From Chrysomallon squamiferum (lineage: Eukaryota > Animalia > Mollusca), in assembly GCA_012295275.1 (NCBI GenBank), contig CM022672.1, positions 14,942,001-15,006,000 on the forward strand: DNA of 64,000 nt, written 5' to 3'. The position numbers and the translations under genes were made by a program. Shown piece after piece: positions 27,248 through 41,400 of the stretch (within the stretch, counting starts at the first letter, position 1; each line of letters begins with the position of its first letter). The notes beneath the pieces are model-generated. The model worked only from the letters and a program-made list of their open reading frames with translations, was not told where the DNA came from and ran no database searches.

Positions 27248-27315
27248 CTGATACCCTTCTTGGGTAGCAAGTGTCTGTTTCTAATAATTTGGTAAAAATC
27301 AATGAAAATGACGTC
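27248..27315 (-). other. DCTN1: Probable non-coding 5' UTR exon of DCTN1 (5' end approximate)
   Basis: Donor TATCAG|GTAATT at 27247/27246. The ATG exon has an acceptor 14 nt upstream of the ATG, so an upstream exon is needed. No ATG in this segment. Confidence 0.6.
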
Positions 27316-27525
27316 TTTCACCGGAAGTTCTTTTTTCTTGATCGATTTAAGCCGCCGTTAGCATTGAAAATTTATTTATTTTATTTATATTTTTAAACTA
27401 AAATAACTTTTATTCCAAATATTCATCCAAAGACGCTAAAATCCATTTAAAAACGTGAAAAGTTGCCATGTATAAAAAAATAATTCTGATTTGCTATTTG
27501 TTAATGTTGTTGAATTCAAGATGGC
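27300..27525. promoter_or_regulatory. Bidirectional promoter shared by DCTN1 and VPS51
   Basis: Lies between the DCTN1 first-exon donor (27247) and the VPS51 ATG (27521). ETS/GABP motif ACCGGAAGT 27320-27328, CRE half-site TGACGT 27309-27314, YY1-type CAAGATGGC 27517-27525 overlapping the VPS51 start codon, local CpG excess. Confidence 0.7.
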
Positions 27526-27539
27526 TTCCCAGCAGGCAG
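27521..27539 (+). CDS. VPS51: VPS51 exon 1
   Basis: MASQQA, G|GTGAGT donor, in frame with exon 2. Confidence 0.82.
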
Positions 27540-30500
27540 GTGAGTTAAACAGGTTGACATATAATATTTTTTTCAACTGGAGTGTTTGGATTTTATTTTA
27601 AAATTTTTTACTTTATTTAGACAGAATTTATTCGTCAAAAAGATATTATAAAATATGTATATTATAGTTTTGTTCTGTTATTACTTTACTTTACTATCGT
27701 TTTATACTCGAAAAAAATCTTAGGTTTTATTAATCACAAATCAGTTTAATGTAATTAATTTATTTTTAATTATTTAGGAATACATAACTGATTTTATTAT
27801 TTTGGTGATAATTAAAATCTGCTGATAAGATTTACTTTTGTTAGTGTTAATATTATTCAAAATCCAACTGAAACACCAAATATTGAAATAACGTTTTCAC
27901 ATGAATAGCCAATAGGGCTTATACATTATAGGGTAACTTACCCAGGTAAGTTTATGATATGCAAATTATAGTAATTATTATTTGTACAAATTACACATAA
28001 TTATTATTTTCTTTACAGAAATGGAAGAACTGGATGCAGATGGCAAGAGAAAGAAACATGAAGTTTTGAAGATGTATTATGGGATTGATAATGAACAGCC
28101 TGGTTCAGCTAATATTGATCCATGTGATATTGATGGCGCTCACTTTAAGCCATCAATTTACTTGGATACATTAATACAGAAAGGTTCGCTTACAGAGTTG
28201 ATGGACAGAGAGAATGAAATGGTGCGACAAATCCGGTCATTAGACAGTGACATGCAAACCTTGGTGTATGAAAACTACAACAAGTTCATCAGTGCTACAG
28301 ACACTATAAGAAAGGTTGTATTTCTTGTTTGGATGAAGTTATAAATTTATTTTTAAAAATCTATATCCATAAACTTATAATGTAATTCAGGGAAAAAACT
28401 AAAAGAACCAAATGAATTGTAAAAAAATAAAACAAATCAACTCAAAACATAAGATCCAAAATAAAATTTAAAAAAGTTTTGTTTGTAGACTTCTTTTTGA
28501 CTACCTCACAGCAGTTGTGTCTATCTAAATCAGCATGACAAATTGTTTGCAGTTACATATATTTTAAAAGAAAATTTCAAATATTCTTTTGAACATTAAA
28601 ATTGAATTTAAAATGCTCATATGTTTTTTTGAATATTTTTTCCAGATGAAAAATGATTTCAAAAAGATGGAAGATGAAATGGATCACTTGGCTACCAACA
28701 TGAGTGCTATCACAGAGTTCAGTGGAAATATTAGCAACACTCTGCAAGACAGGAGGCTGAAAATAACAAAACTAGCAGGCGTCCATTCCCTTCTGAAAAA
28801 GGTTTCACTCTTAAAATATTGATAAACCTTTTTTCTCAATTTTAACAGTGTGCTTGATAAATTGACCCTTTTCATGATATTTTTAATTGTTTTGCTTAGT
28901 CTCAAGTATGTAAAAAATCATGGTATATAATTATATAACAAAGTTTTTCCACATATCCCACAACAGCATCCAGTATAGAGAATAACCCTTCTGTTATTAC
29001 CATTATGAAAATGCCATGTTAAGTAATAACTAAATATTGAAGAAGTATAATGTTGAATTTACATCAGTTCATTGATTCTTGTTTATTGCAGCTTCAGTTC
29101 TTGTTTGAATTGCCAGCTAGACTGAAAAAATGTATTGAAATGCAGGCATACAGTCAGGCTGTTCGGTGAGTTTAAACATCAGATTTAAATATCTGTGGTA
29201 CATATTACTTACTAAAATCTATATCTATCTATCTTTATTAGTAAATTTTAAAACTGTTTTTGTTTATTTGTATGAATAGATAATTCGTTATTTAAATTTA
29301 AAAAATTAACATATATATTTTTTTAAATTTTATTCTTATTAATATTTATATTATTGGTCACATGACTGGTTAAAAACTTATTTAAATATTCTTCCATAAT
29401 TTAACTGAAGTTACATATAATTTACATAAATGGTTATGGGACATTTATTTTAAAAACACAAAATCATACGATGTGTCATATTTTGAAAAAAAGTTTATGA
29501 TACAAATTTTTGTTAAAAATACCTGTCTATTTGTTAAGATATTACACCAAAGCCAAAAGGGTGCTGCACCAGTATCAACATATGCCGAGTTTCCATGGAA
29601 TCAATGAAGACTGTAACGTCATCATTGAGGAACTGAGCAACAAGCTGAGAGATCATTTTAAAGACAGAGAAGTAGGAGTTTATTTTAACACACACTTCAT
29701 TGATACTTGATCACTGTTGTATGATTTGTGAGATATATTTATATTCCTATCTATCCATTTTTATTCTACACACCCATACACACATTCACACACACACACA
29801 CACACAGAACACATGTATATATGTTTTATATGTCAGTCTATCATTTTTGTGTGTGTATGTGCATATCATTTTTTATTATGTATTAGAAAATATATGTAAT
29901 TATATGTACATTTAGGCATTTAGTATTATTAACATATATATACCTATTTGGGTATATTTTGACACAAATTTTAAAAATAAAAAATTTTGAATTGTTGATA
30001 TTATTTTTTTTAAATTTTAATTTTTCTGTTTTGTTTCAGTCGACTCCAAAACAATTGGCTGAATGTGTCAATTTGCTGCTACAACTTAACGAACCAGCTG
30101 ACCAGCTATGTGATGAATTCCTATCCCAGTAGGTATTTCTACAGTGTTGTTAAAATTTAGAAAGAATTAGTAATACAAACTATAATAATTCCTGTAATTC
30201 CTAATGCGTGTTATTCATTGTAATCAAATTTAAAATAGAAATTTTCGAAATTTTACTGAAACCTTAAATCAGCCTCTGTTTTGCATAAAATATCATTATT
30301 GAAGTAAACAAAAATGCTTCAATATTTATTGTTTAATGTAGTTAAAGAACAAAACAATTATAATAATCTTCAGCAAGAAACTGGGTACATAGCATAATAT
30401 AATATTGCACATGTGCACATAAATAAAGAGAAAAAGGTGAAAGTTGGACACAAAATATGAACCAGTTACTTAATGATTGCAACAAAATTGTTCATGATAT

Positions 30501-33500
30501 GATAACAATAACTGAAGTAATTCAGTATACATAATCAAGAGACTTTATCAAAATGTTTCATTAATTTGGTACTAAAATTAATGTTCTTGCATTTTTTTTT
30601 TTTTTTGTAGTGATTTTCATTTCACAATGCTATTTTTTTAAACATTATTTCATTCACCAGTTTGGGAGGAACAGATGGAAGTAGAGGTTTGGGTGCAGAA
30701 GAGATGATTTATGTGAAAAATATGAAAAATCTTTGCAAAAACCTGAAAAAAAGATGTTGAACATAAGCTCTTGTTAATTGGTTACTCTTAATACAGTATA
30801 AAATAAAATTAAATTAAAAAATCAAAAAATTAAATCAAGCAAACAAACAAAACTTAACATAATTAAATATTATATTAGAAAGAACATCTGAGATGAAAAT
30901 AGTAATAATGTATTCCATAACTGTAAAATTAATTAATATTAAACTGAGCAATAAAATAATGAAAGTAATAAATTTAATGAAACATGATCATAGCTATATT
31001 TCATTTTAATTGCTGTTTCTTTTCAGATGAAAGCATTTTGTTTAATTAATCATTTTCTGCATGTCATACAGGCCTTTATGAATTGTTTTAAAAAAAGTAC
31101 TATTTCAGAATTTATTATTTTTTTTTTTACCTAAATTCACAATTTATGATGTGACCTAAACACAGGACTTGGAATCTCAAACATTTTGCTGCTTTATGCC
31201 ATCCTTTAAACAGAAATCATTTATATTATTGTTTGACCTACTATATACAAGCATATATATAATAAATGAGACCATTTAGTAAAGACGTTTTTCCGCATAA
31301 CAACCCCATTTTTGAATTCCTATTGAACATGTCACCAGTATTGAATAACAATGCATATTCCACATTTCATGTTTAATTCTATACCAGATTTCAAGATAAA
31401 GCTTGGTATATCACTGGTAATGAGAACATACTGTATGTATGTTTCAATGTGTTGTTTCAGTGCAAGGCAGAAGCTTGATGAAGATCTGGCTGAGTTAGAC
31501 CGTCAGATAAAACTTCAGGCAGGGGAGGTAATTCAGACAGAAGATCGACGACCCGCCCAAGCTTTCATGAACACTCCTATGGTATATTTGTGTTGTGTGG
31601 TTCAAGATAATACCTCTTTGTTATCACCCTTTTCCTAACTAATGCATTTTATTTAATTTAAAATAAAATAGTAACTTTATATACAAAAAATTTATTTCAT
31701 TTTTTTTATATAATATGTTAATACTAAAGTAGAGAAAACTGCCCTTAATTAAAACTTGTATTTTTCAAAGCTTTTTCTTATGATGAAGTATTTAACAGAT
31801 TTAAAAACAATGGTTTTTGGTTGAGACACATTTTAAGAAAGCTGTTTTCAGATACTTCATATTCAGCATTTTTCAAATTATTTTCTTGATGATACATTTT
31901 TAAAAATGTTTAAATCATATATTGCTAACAATTTTCTGAAAAAAATATCTTTTTGAAATTTCAGTTATAAAACTTTTTTTTTCTAAGCTTTCTAAAAAAA
32001 TATTTGCTTATTTTTCTGTGTAACACATTTTGGAAAATATTTACAAAATAGTCATATACACACAGACACGTATATATGCATATACACACAGACACATATA
32101 TACGCATACACACACACACACACACACACACAAGCATTTACTTATACTTGTGCTTATATACGTACCTTTGTTTTTATTTGTTTCTTTTATAGGATGTTTT
32201 GGAGTTTGTTGATTCAGGCTGTAATGGATTTCTGAGTAATATGTGTCTAGTGATTGCTTCATACAATGACATGTTCCTTAACCGACATCTTGAACAGGAC
32301 AAGTATGTACCAGCTGATTTCAAATTAAAGTGTTTCAGCAACTGATCTCAGTTTACTGTTTTTAAGATGTTTTTTTTTTTATATATATATATATGTTCTT
32401 GTTACATTTGAAAAAACTGAACTGAATTTACAGCTTTCAAGATTGTTTATTTTGAATTTTTTTCTTGTTATATTCAGAAAAGCTGAACAGAAATTATGGC
32501 TTTTATGATACGTATTGTTTTTTTTTTTTTTTTTTTTTTTTTTATATGTGGTTAGTGCATGCATTCACAACAGTGCAAATTACTGTGATATAGTTTGACT
32601 TAAGTCAACTTTATTGTATGTAATTTTTAAAAATTGCTGTATTACACACAGCTCAGTATTTTAGCATAGAATAATCTTTGAATGATGAATACTAGCACTT
32701 TGTTAATGATCTGAAATTCTCATGTTATAAATATTTCAAAATACTGGTGTGATTGTAAGCACTTCTATAAGTATGATTTATATGCAGATATTTATTTAAC
32801 CTTTAAAATTATTTTAGTGAACTGTATTCATTTTTAAATTACACTTTTATTATAATATTGGTTTTATTTTTGAAATACATGGACTTAAGTTTAACATTTA
32901 TTAGTAATTTTAGGGAAGTTAGGTTTTTCTGACTAGTCCATGTTTGTCCTTTGCAGTGAAAACCTTGACACTATGGCACTGAGGAAGCTGGTGACATTTG
33001 TCAATGAATTAATGGAGCAGTATTTTACCTACATCAGAAAAAGAGTCCAGCTGGAAGTGAGAAACTTTAATTTTTAATGATTCAGAGAGTTATTTTAATT
33101 AATGTTTCTTCTGACATATGAAACATTAAATTTTACTTATGGTAGTACTAATAATTATCTTAATTAATTTTCTGAACTCTCTTATTGGCGTTTTATTTGT
33201 TTATGGTGACCAACCATTGCTACTTATAAAGAATATCAGTAGACTTAACAAAAAGTATTAAAGTTATCCATTCTTACCATCAAATGTACATTTCAACCAA
33301 ATATTTCCTAAAGTTGTCTGTTATTTTTGTATTAAAAATTTATATAAACACAGAAAAATAAACAAAACATAAACAAATTTTTTCCCTTGCTTTGCATAAT
33401 GATATCACTGTAATTGAAAATTATACTGTTGGGTAATAATTTAATATATTTTGTTTTTGGTATTCTGCAATATTTACTGTTCCAGATATCAAAAATGGAG

Positions 33501-36500
33501 TGTAGTCCAATCTGTGTGTTTTAGTTAGAGCTGCATTTATGTAATAAGATAGTCAAATTCTATTTGTGTAATAAAATTGTCAAATATTTATTTTGATTGT
33601 TGAAATTTCAGCTACAATTTTATTCATGTTTAATGTGATATGCTGACTGGTGTTCATTATACTGTATTGTTTATTTTTCCTTTGTGTGTTAATTGTGTAA
33701 CTTCCAGAAAGAAACGGGAGACAACACTATTCTTGTTCGAGCATTGGATCGATTTCATCGTCGACTACAAGCCATGAATAAACTTCTGCCTGACACTGAT
33801 TTCTCTAGGTAAAAAAAACCCTTTAAGTTATAGATTAATCATAAATTAGTTACTAGATTTCAGAACAAAATAAATAGGTTTTAATAACAATTTGTGTATC
33901 AAACAGTATCCTTTTGTTAAAATAATAACAACTATAAAACATAAATTAGCAACTGTTACCTGTCGACATATTTATTTATTTATTGGGCAAGTCTGATATG
34001 TTAACTTTTTATGTAGTGCTAAGTATTTTTATTAGTCTAAATGGCAAAACAAATTGAATTTTAGTGTTTTTAACATCCTAGAGACATTATTATCTAGACT
34101 CTATACTTTTCACCTTTTCAAATATGTTTACAGTGAAACTTGGCTGCATCTAATGTTGATGTTGTTACTGTCAGCTTCTTACATCCTTTTTCCCATGATT
34201 ACCTAATATCTAAAATTAAAAATGTTTTGTAGAGCTGGGACTGAGATTGTGTCAAAGGCCGCTAAAGACAGAGTGACCCATTATCAACAAGCTTTGAGGC
34301 AGCATTTCTCTGGTTTGTATTGAAGTCACATCAGTTACATCCGTATTTCATAAATGAGGGACACTTTGAATATGGTGTATTTAGAATAAGTTTTTTTGAA
34401 CTATTTTATGTCCATGACTAGGAAATCCAGCTGTGCAAAGTAAATTAATTATTAAGTAAAATTTGATTTGTTTTTAATGTTAAAATATGATATATATCAT
34501 ATTTTAACATTAAAAACAAATCCAATTCTACTTAATAATTAAGTATATATATGTATGTATCAGGTCTTAGAACAGAAGTATATTACTTTTGTTTTGAGAA
34601 AATCTAAATTAAATGTATTCAAGTGGTTGTTCTTTGTTCCAGTTTGTGGATTATAATACCATTTTTAGTTAGTATATGTTTTGTCCATTATGTGTCAAAC
34701 ACACACAGTGCTGACTTTCATGTAATTGCTGTATTACAGCATATCAGAATTATGCTGTAAGAATTCAGCTTAGTTAAAAAATTCTTACTGAAGTAATTAG
34801 TAAACCATAAACTTGGTAAATTAAAACTAATTATTTTTTGTAGTTGTTATTGCAATAAATGAATTTTGTTCTTTTTAAACCCTTCAGATTGTCTGACCGA
34901 CATTCGCCAGAATCTTGCAGCTCCACGGTTGCTAGGGAAACAGGAAGGATTTTCTAATCTGTCAGATCTTCTTGCTAACATGAAGGCAGCCATTATGGAA
35001 CAGATTAAATCTGTACTGGCAAATCTACAGGTTTGTATGTTTTTTTAAAGATGGTATCTGTGACTGTTATTGTAGCTTTAAATATTACAAATTCAAAATG
35101 GTGTGTTATTCCTAAGAACTTTAACCTGCTGTAAAGAAACATGTTTGACTTTATTCACTTTTAAGTTACTGTTTTCTTCAGGATATCTGCTTGCGAGTTA
35201 AAAAGGTAAAATTCAGATCCAAAAATAATTCCAAGATGTATTTATACAGCTAAAATAAATCCAAACTGAATTTATGAAAAAAAAGGTCTGTTCTAAAATC
35301 ATACATATTATTATAAACAGAATGTGATGGTATTCATGAGTGTTGGTCTTAGTGTGTCAAACAGTAGCGTTACATGGAGCATGCAGTAATGAAAGGATTT
35401 TTTTTTCAAGTGTGTCTTACAATATGTTGTTTCTGCATGTGCCTGCTTCAACCTTCTTGTTAATGTTATGTCATCCTAAATAATGCTGTCGAAATCTGCA
35501 CAACAATGCAGAATTATTCATGTATTTGTCTGGTGGTTGGACAATGGGATGGTAAAAAATATACACCTGTTGTCCAAGATCCAGAATTTTAGTTTTCTTT
35601 CATCGGTATTGTCTATATTTAGAAATTTATCAACATAAATAAAAGTAAAACCCATAAAACAGTGAAAGAAACATTTCTTGGCTGTTAATCAGGAAGAATA
35701 GTCCAAGTAGCACCGACAGGAAATTTCCTGTGCTAAATTAACTTGTATAGAAACAATATATTAGACTTATATGATTATTACCAGTCGTTGCACTCTGTGT
35801 TAAATGTGAATATCTTTAAAAAAAACATCATGACTTAACTTCTACTAAATTTGAAATAAATAACAAAAAGGAACATGGTAGGGATTATTGTATAAATGGA
35901 TTCCTTCCTAAAATCTTTAAAACCTATTAATTAAATTTGTAAATAATATACCACTACACACAAAATAACTTTGAATATTTGCCCTAGAAAATGCACGTTT
36001 TGAATCTGAGTTCAATTAAGCTGTCGTTAACTATGTTTACTCATTTTTACAGATGCATTTGAATATTTAATTTTAGATATTATTTCTAATTTTGTTTGAT
36101 TAAAACAATTTCTTGTTTTGACAGTTTTGAGCAGAACTAATTTATTTTTGCATATTTTGACATAATAAAAAAAATATGTATTTGAAATGGAACTTGTTGG
36201 TATTAACATTAAAAGCAGCCATATTTGTGCAGATATAACAGGTAAAAATTTAATTTGCATATTAATGTAATTTACATTCTTTTGTCATAAAATTCTGTAT
36301 GGTTATGTCTCCAAATAATTATTCAGTTTATGTCAAAGTGGGTATGTTCCACGCTGAGTAATTACATTGTATATAACATATTCAGACACTAAAAATAGTT
36401 TACATTCATTTTTAGAATGATAAAACATATCTTTTGAAAAAAAAAGAAAAAAAACAACAACCAAAAACCTGTTAAAAATAAAAATGGATAAAAAATGTAT

Positions 36501-38405
36501 TTTTGATATCATCGAAAAGTAATGCCAGTTATTTTTAAAATTTCAGTTTTTACATTACTGAATAATAAATTTATTTAAACTAATAACTTAAAAAGATATA
36601 TATTTTAAAAACATAAATAAAAAATACAATAAAAAGTGAAATAACTCATGTTTATTATCAGGACTATTCTGTAATAAAATTTCTCTATATACAATAATAC
36701 CAAAATGTTGTAATAAAAAATCAGAGAAGAGTAAAGCATCAGATTGAGATATCTAAATTTGCCTAACAGTTTCAAACTTTAATTTTTACTAATCTTCTTG
36801 ATTAATATATATCCACATACATGAAGAATATATCTTACAGTTAAATGAAGTTTGGAAATATGTTATATAATGTATTTACAACATTTTATTTTTTATTTTT
36901 GTTCACTAATGTGAATAATATTCAATATAATAAAAAATAAGAAGTTACTGTTGTTTTGATAGTCATCTATATTTTTAAAAATAATCAACAACATAATGAA
37001 TATTTGACTTCATTTTGTATTGAAGCTAACCAAACCAACTCTCTATCACACTGGTCATAATTTAAAACAGAACAAAACAACAACAAACAAAAAATGCATA
37101 TTAGTAGCATATAGAACATATTTTGTTAAAAATAAATTATATATATATATATAATAATAAACAAAAAATAATGATAATAAAAAAATAATAAAATAAAAAG
37201 AAATAAAAACGCTCACTTTTTAAATACCACCAGCCACACACACACCCCTCCCCTCTGCAGAGAAAAAGTGTTGTATAATTTTGTTATTGATTTTGTCATT
37301 GCATGACCCAGCAACCCATCGGCACGTAACAGGCATGTATGAAAATGAACACTTGTCATGTAGAAAGCGCTGTTTGATGTGTCACATGTCAGAACACCTG
37401 TTACTAATCTACACTAACATCAGGATGTGTCCATTCTTCATGAGACCTGTGTCTCAACCCACCTGAATAATTCATTTTCATTTGTGTGTTTTTTTAATAA
37501 TGTTAAAACACTGATAATAGAAGTCACTTTGACCTCTTTTTAATTGTTAACTGGATATTTTGAAAAGAGTTTTAATTGTTAGTAATTCTGATCTTTATCA
37601 GTTATGTGTTGTATTTTTTATTTCTTTTTAATTCAATCTTTTTTTTTTGTTAATTTTAATTATAAATATCTATATCAGTGATGTATATTTGTTATTTAAT
37701 TATTTTTTTTAAAGTCAAAATATTAATTAAAACATCTTTATCTTTGTGTATATCTATCCACTTATAATTCTTTTTCTAAAAATGTTTTGCTATTTATATT
37801 TTTAAAATTATCTTTTTGTGTACCCATCAAATTATATTATTTGAAAATTTAAAAAATAAAAATAAAAAATAATAAAATCTCTCAATGCAAAACCTATTTG
37901 AAGGTTTATTTAGATCATAACCACTATTGAAATGCATACTATGTTTTACTAATAAGTTTACTGAATTACTGAGATGATCAATATTTATTTAATTATTTCA
38001 GTAAACAAATTTGTTGTTCATCATATACAGAGCCTACTAATTGTTACTTATGATAATTGTGACTGACACTAAAGCAGATATCCTTTAATCCTCTACATAA
38101 AAATGATTGATATAAATTTGAAATATACTTGAAAGTAATCGAATATAATTATCTGTGTAGCCTTTATGCTTTCTGTTGGAGGCAATGAAAGTAAATAAAT
38201 AAACTAATTAATTAATATTTTTAAAAATTTCTCTAATGATGTGAAGTAGACTAATGAGTCGTTCACATATTGGTGTGTGTGTGTGTGTGTGTGTCATTGT
38301 ATGTAAATGTATGTGTGTATATAAGTATGTATTTGTTTATATATATGTGTATATGTGTATATATGGGTGTATGTTAGTCGGGGTATGTGCATGTTTATGC
38401 ATTTT

Positions 38406-38441
<36 letters not shown>

Positions 38442-41400
38442 ATGCATATGTGGATATATATGGCTTTGTGTGTATATACATATATACATTTGTAAGTATG
38501 AATATATGTATTTCTATCTGTGTGTCTGTGAATTTCTTTATAGGTATATGTACACGTATATATATGTTATTATATTTTGGCTTGCAGTTTTTTACTTTTG
38601 GTTTTCAAGCTGCATATATTAATAAAAACAATATAAAAAAAAAATATGTAAATATATATATATATATATTAAAGTTTATTTTATAAGGTAGCGATTTTTG
38701 GAAATCTGTTTATTATAGTCCTCCAGTTATCTGGCTGGTGCGGTCTGCTGTGTGTTTGAAGTATGTAGAATATATGTAGATGGGCAAGGTTAAAAACAAA
38801 TTATTCATATTCCATTTCAAATGTAGATGAGGCATCAGCTGGAAGCCATTCTAAAATTTTGTTAATTACATTTCTGTCATGACACTAGCGATTTCCTTTC
38901 ATGGAGATGTCCACATGTTTTACATTTGTGACATATTTTTGCATCTAATATATATATATTTTAACAGTTTTATTTCTTTTAATGTGTTTTATTTAAAATT
39001 TTAAAAATTATCTTTGGTTATATGTTTTAGTACTTTTGCATGTTTCAATGTTGGCATTTTATGATGGCTGGATTCTTGTGCAATAAAAAAAAATAATTTT
39101 TTTAATTTTTTTAATTTTTAAAATTAAAATTTTAATAAACATTATAGGCAAATATATATACATATATATATATATATGTATATGTATATCTCTTACAAAT
39201 TATATTTTCTAACATACACAGGAAATGTAATTTTTGACATTTTAATATACCACCTGAATAGATAGAATAAAGTATATTTTAAATGTATTTGAACTTATTC
39301 TGAAATGTCAAAGGGAAGATTTCAGTATCTTAAGCATACAATATGAATATTTTCTTTTCAGAAATAAAATATAATTTATTTATACATGTCTTGTAAAAAT
39401 ATTTATATATTTAATTATTTATATACAGTAGTGGGGTACTTTGGTCAAATCACATGAATTGTTAAGATAAAAGCAAAGACACAATTTATGCAGCCAGAAC
39501 GTCATGTAAATTCTGTATAGTCATCACCATCTTTCTCTTTTTTTAATGATGCATTTTCAGTGGTATTTGAGTGGACATTTTATAAAGATTATGATATCAA
39601 ACATTAAATATCTTATCAGAAAATCTTTGGGTCAGTAAAAGCTCAACATTTTTTAATACTCCTATAATACTTTTTTTCACCATTTTTTTGGTCAGTACAT
39701 ATCTCATTAAATACATTTGTGTTTTTTAAATAATGTTAAAACACTACTAATAGAAGTCACCTTGACCTCTTTTTAATTGTTAATTGGATATTTTGAAAAG
39801 CATATCCCAGGTGAACATGTTTAAAAATTGCTTTTGCAAAGTAACTAAATACCAGACTGGTTCTCTAATTGTATTTCTGGACATATGCAATAATCAATCT
39901 GTTTTTTTTTGTTGTTTTTAATGATGCTTTTATTCATATTTAAGACATGATTGAGAAATCACACACCTTTGAATAGGGATGTTTTACTTACCTTTGAATT
40001 CAAATAGCTGAGATGTAATAATCTTAACCAAAATCATCTGTATAAATATTATTAAGCTGGCCTCACCACTTGATTACCAAGTAAATCTAAAAGTTTTATA
40101 AACGATTGTGAATTCATATTTATGAGAAAAAAAAAAAGTATAAATAATAATAAAAAAAAATTATTAATAATTTTATACACATTTTGTTATTTTTAAATAA
40201 TTTTTTATTATTTTTTTCCAGGCCTTCCTTGCCTCGGACATCACATTCGCCATGAAACCATATTTCCGAGGACCTTTCTGTATGCATGATGTCAGAGAAG
40301 GACTCGTCGTTGCCTTCATTAAACATATAGCCACTACGTGTAATGTAAGTTAACTTCTATAAAAAGATATATATATATATCCTCATTAGCTCAATACAAG
40401 TTTATAAACACTTTACTGTCAATGGAAAGGTGTGTATAAAGTAACTGTTGTTATTTTGATCCTTGTAGTGATGGGTTTGATAAAAAAAATAATTATAAAA
40501 ATAAACATTATTTAACAGATTTGTTTATTTATTATCTATAAAAAAATAATCTCTAATATTTGAATTATTTATTTCTTAAGAGTTCAGATAAATTTTTAAT
40601 GTATTTGAATTTAAGTATTACTGATTCAAAATAAAGCACCCATTTTTATTCTGTGTGTGTATACACTCTGTTAATGTTAACTTGAAATTTTTAAAATTAT
40701 TATTACTATTATTATTATTATTTTTTTTTTTTAGGATTTTTGTGAAGGTTTTGGAGAGAAAGGTTCCATTCCACCAGCTCTGTTGTTGATTCTCTCCAGG
40801 TTTTGCCTGGATCTAGAAAATTCCATTATTTCTTATCTAGTAAGTAAAAATGCAACTAACCAATCACATCCACTTGTTTGTAGTGCATGATACAAAAACC
40901 ATTGATTGCTTTCTGACACAGCATGGCAGGAATTCTGATTAATTTTGTACTTTTGTTTCACAGCTTACATTAACAGAAGAACAGTTTTTATTGGCTGACA
41001 AAAGTCATATGACCCCTGAGTCAGAGCTGTCAGAGATAGCAAAGGATACAGCCCAGAGGTTACTCAACCACTATGTCAGAGTTCAAGGTCTGATGACATC
41101 ACAGGTATTTAACATAATTATTTATTTCTGTTATCATACTTTTGTTATGTTTACTTCTTCTTCTTTATATTGTAATTGTAATGGTTGTTGTAGGAATTTT
41201 TTTTTTTTTTGGGGGGGGAGAATTTGAGCAGTTATAAGCCATTTCCAAGACATAACAAGTATAAAAGGGAAAACAAATAACTAGATCATACTTGAAAATT
41301 TAAAAAAAAAAAAAAAATTACCAAAGAAACCCCAAGAAAAAAAAAAAAATAAAAAAAATAAAAAAAATAAAATGAATGTCCCAAATTAACATTTGCAAAA

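Noticed and set aside
38810-38851. Possible nested minus-strand coding exon ([16 protein letters not shown]-stop) in VPS51 intron 12
   Set aside because: No upstream partner exons or recognisable homology.
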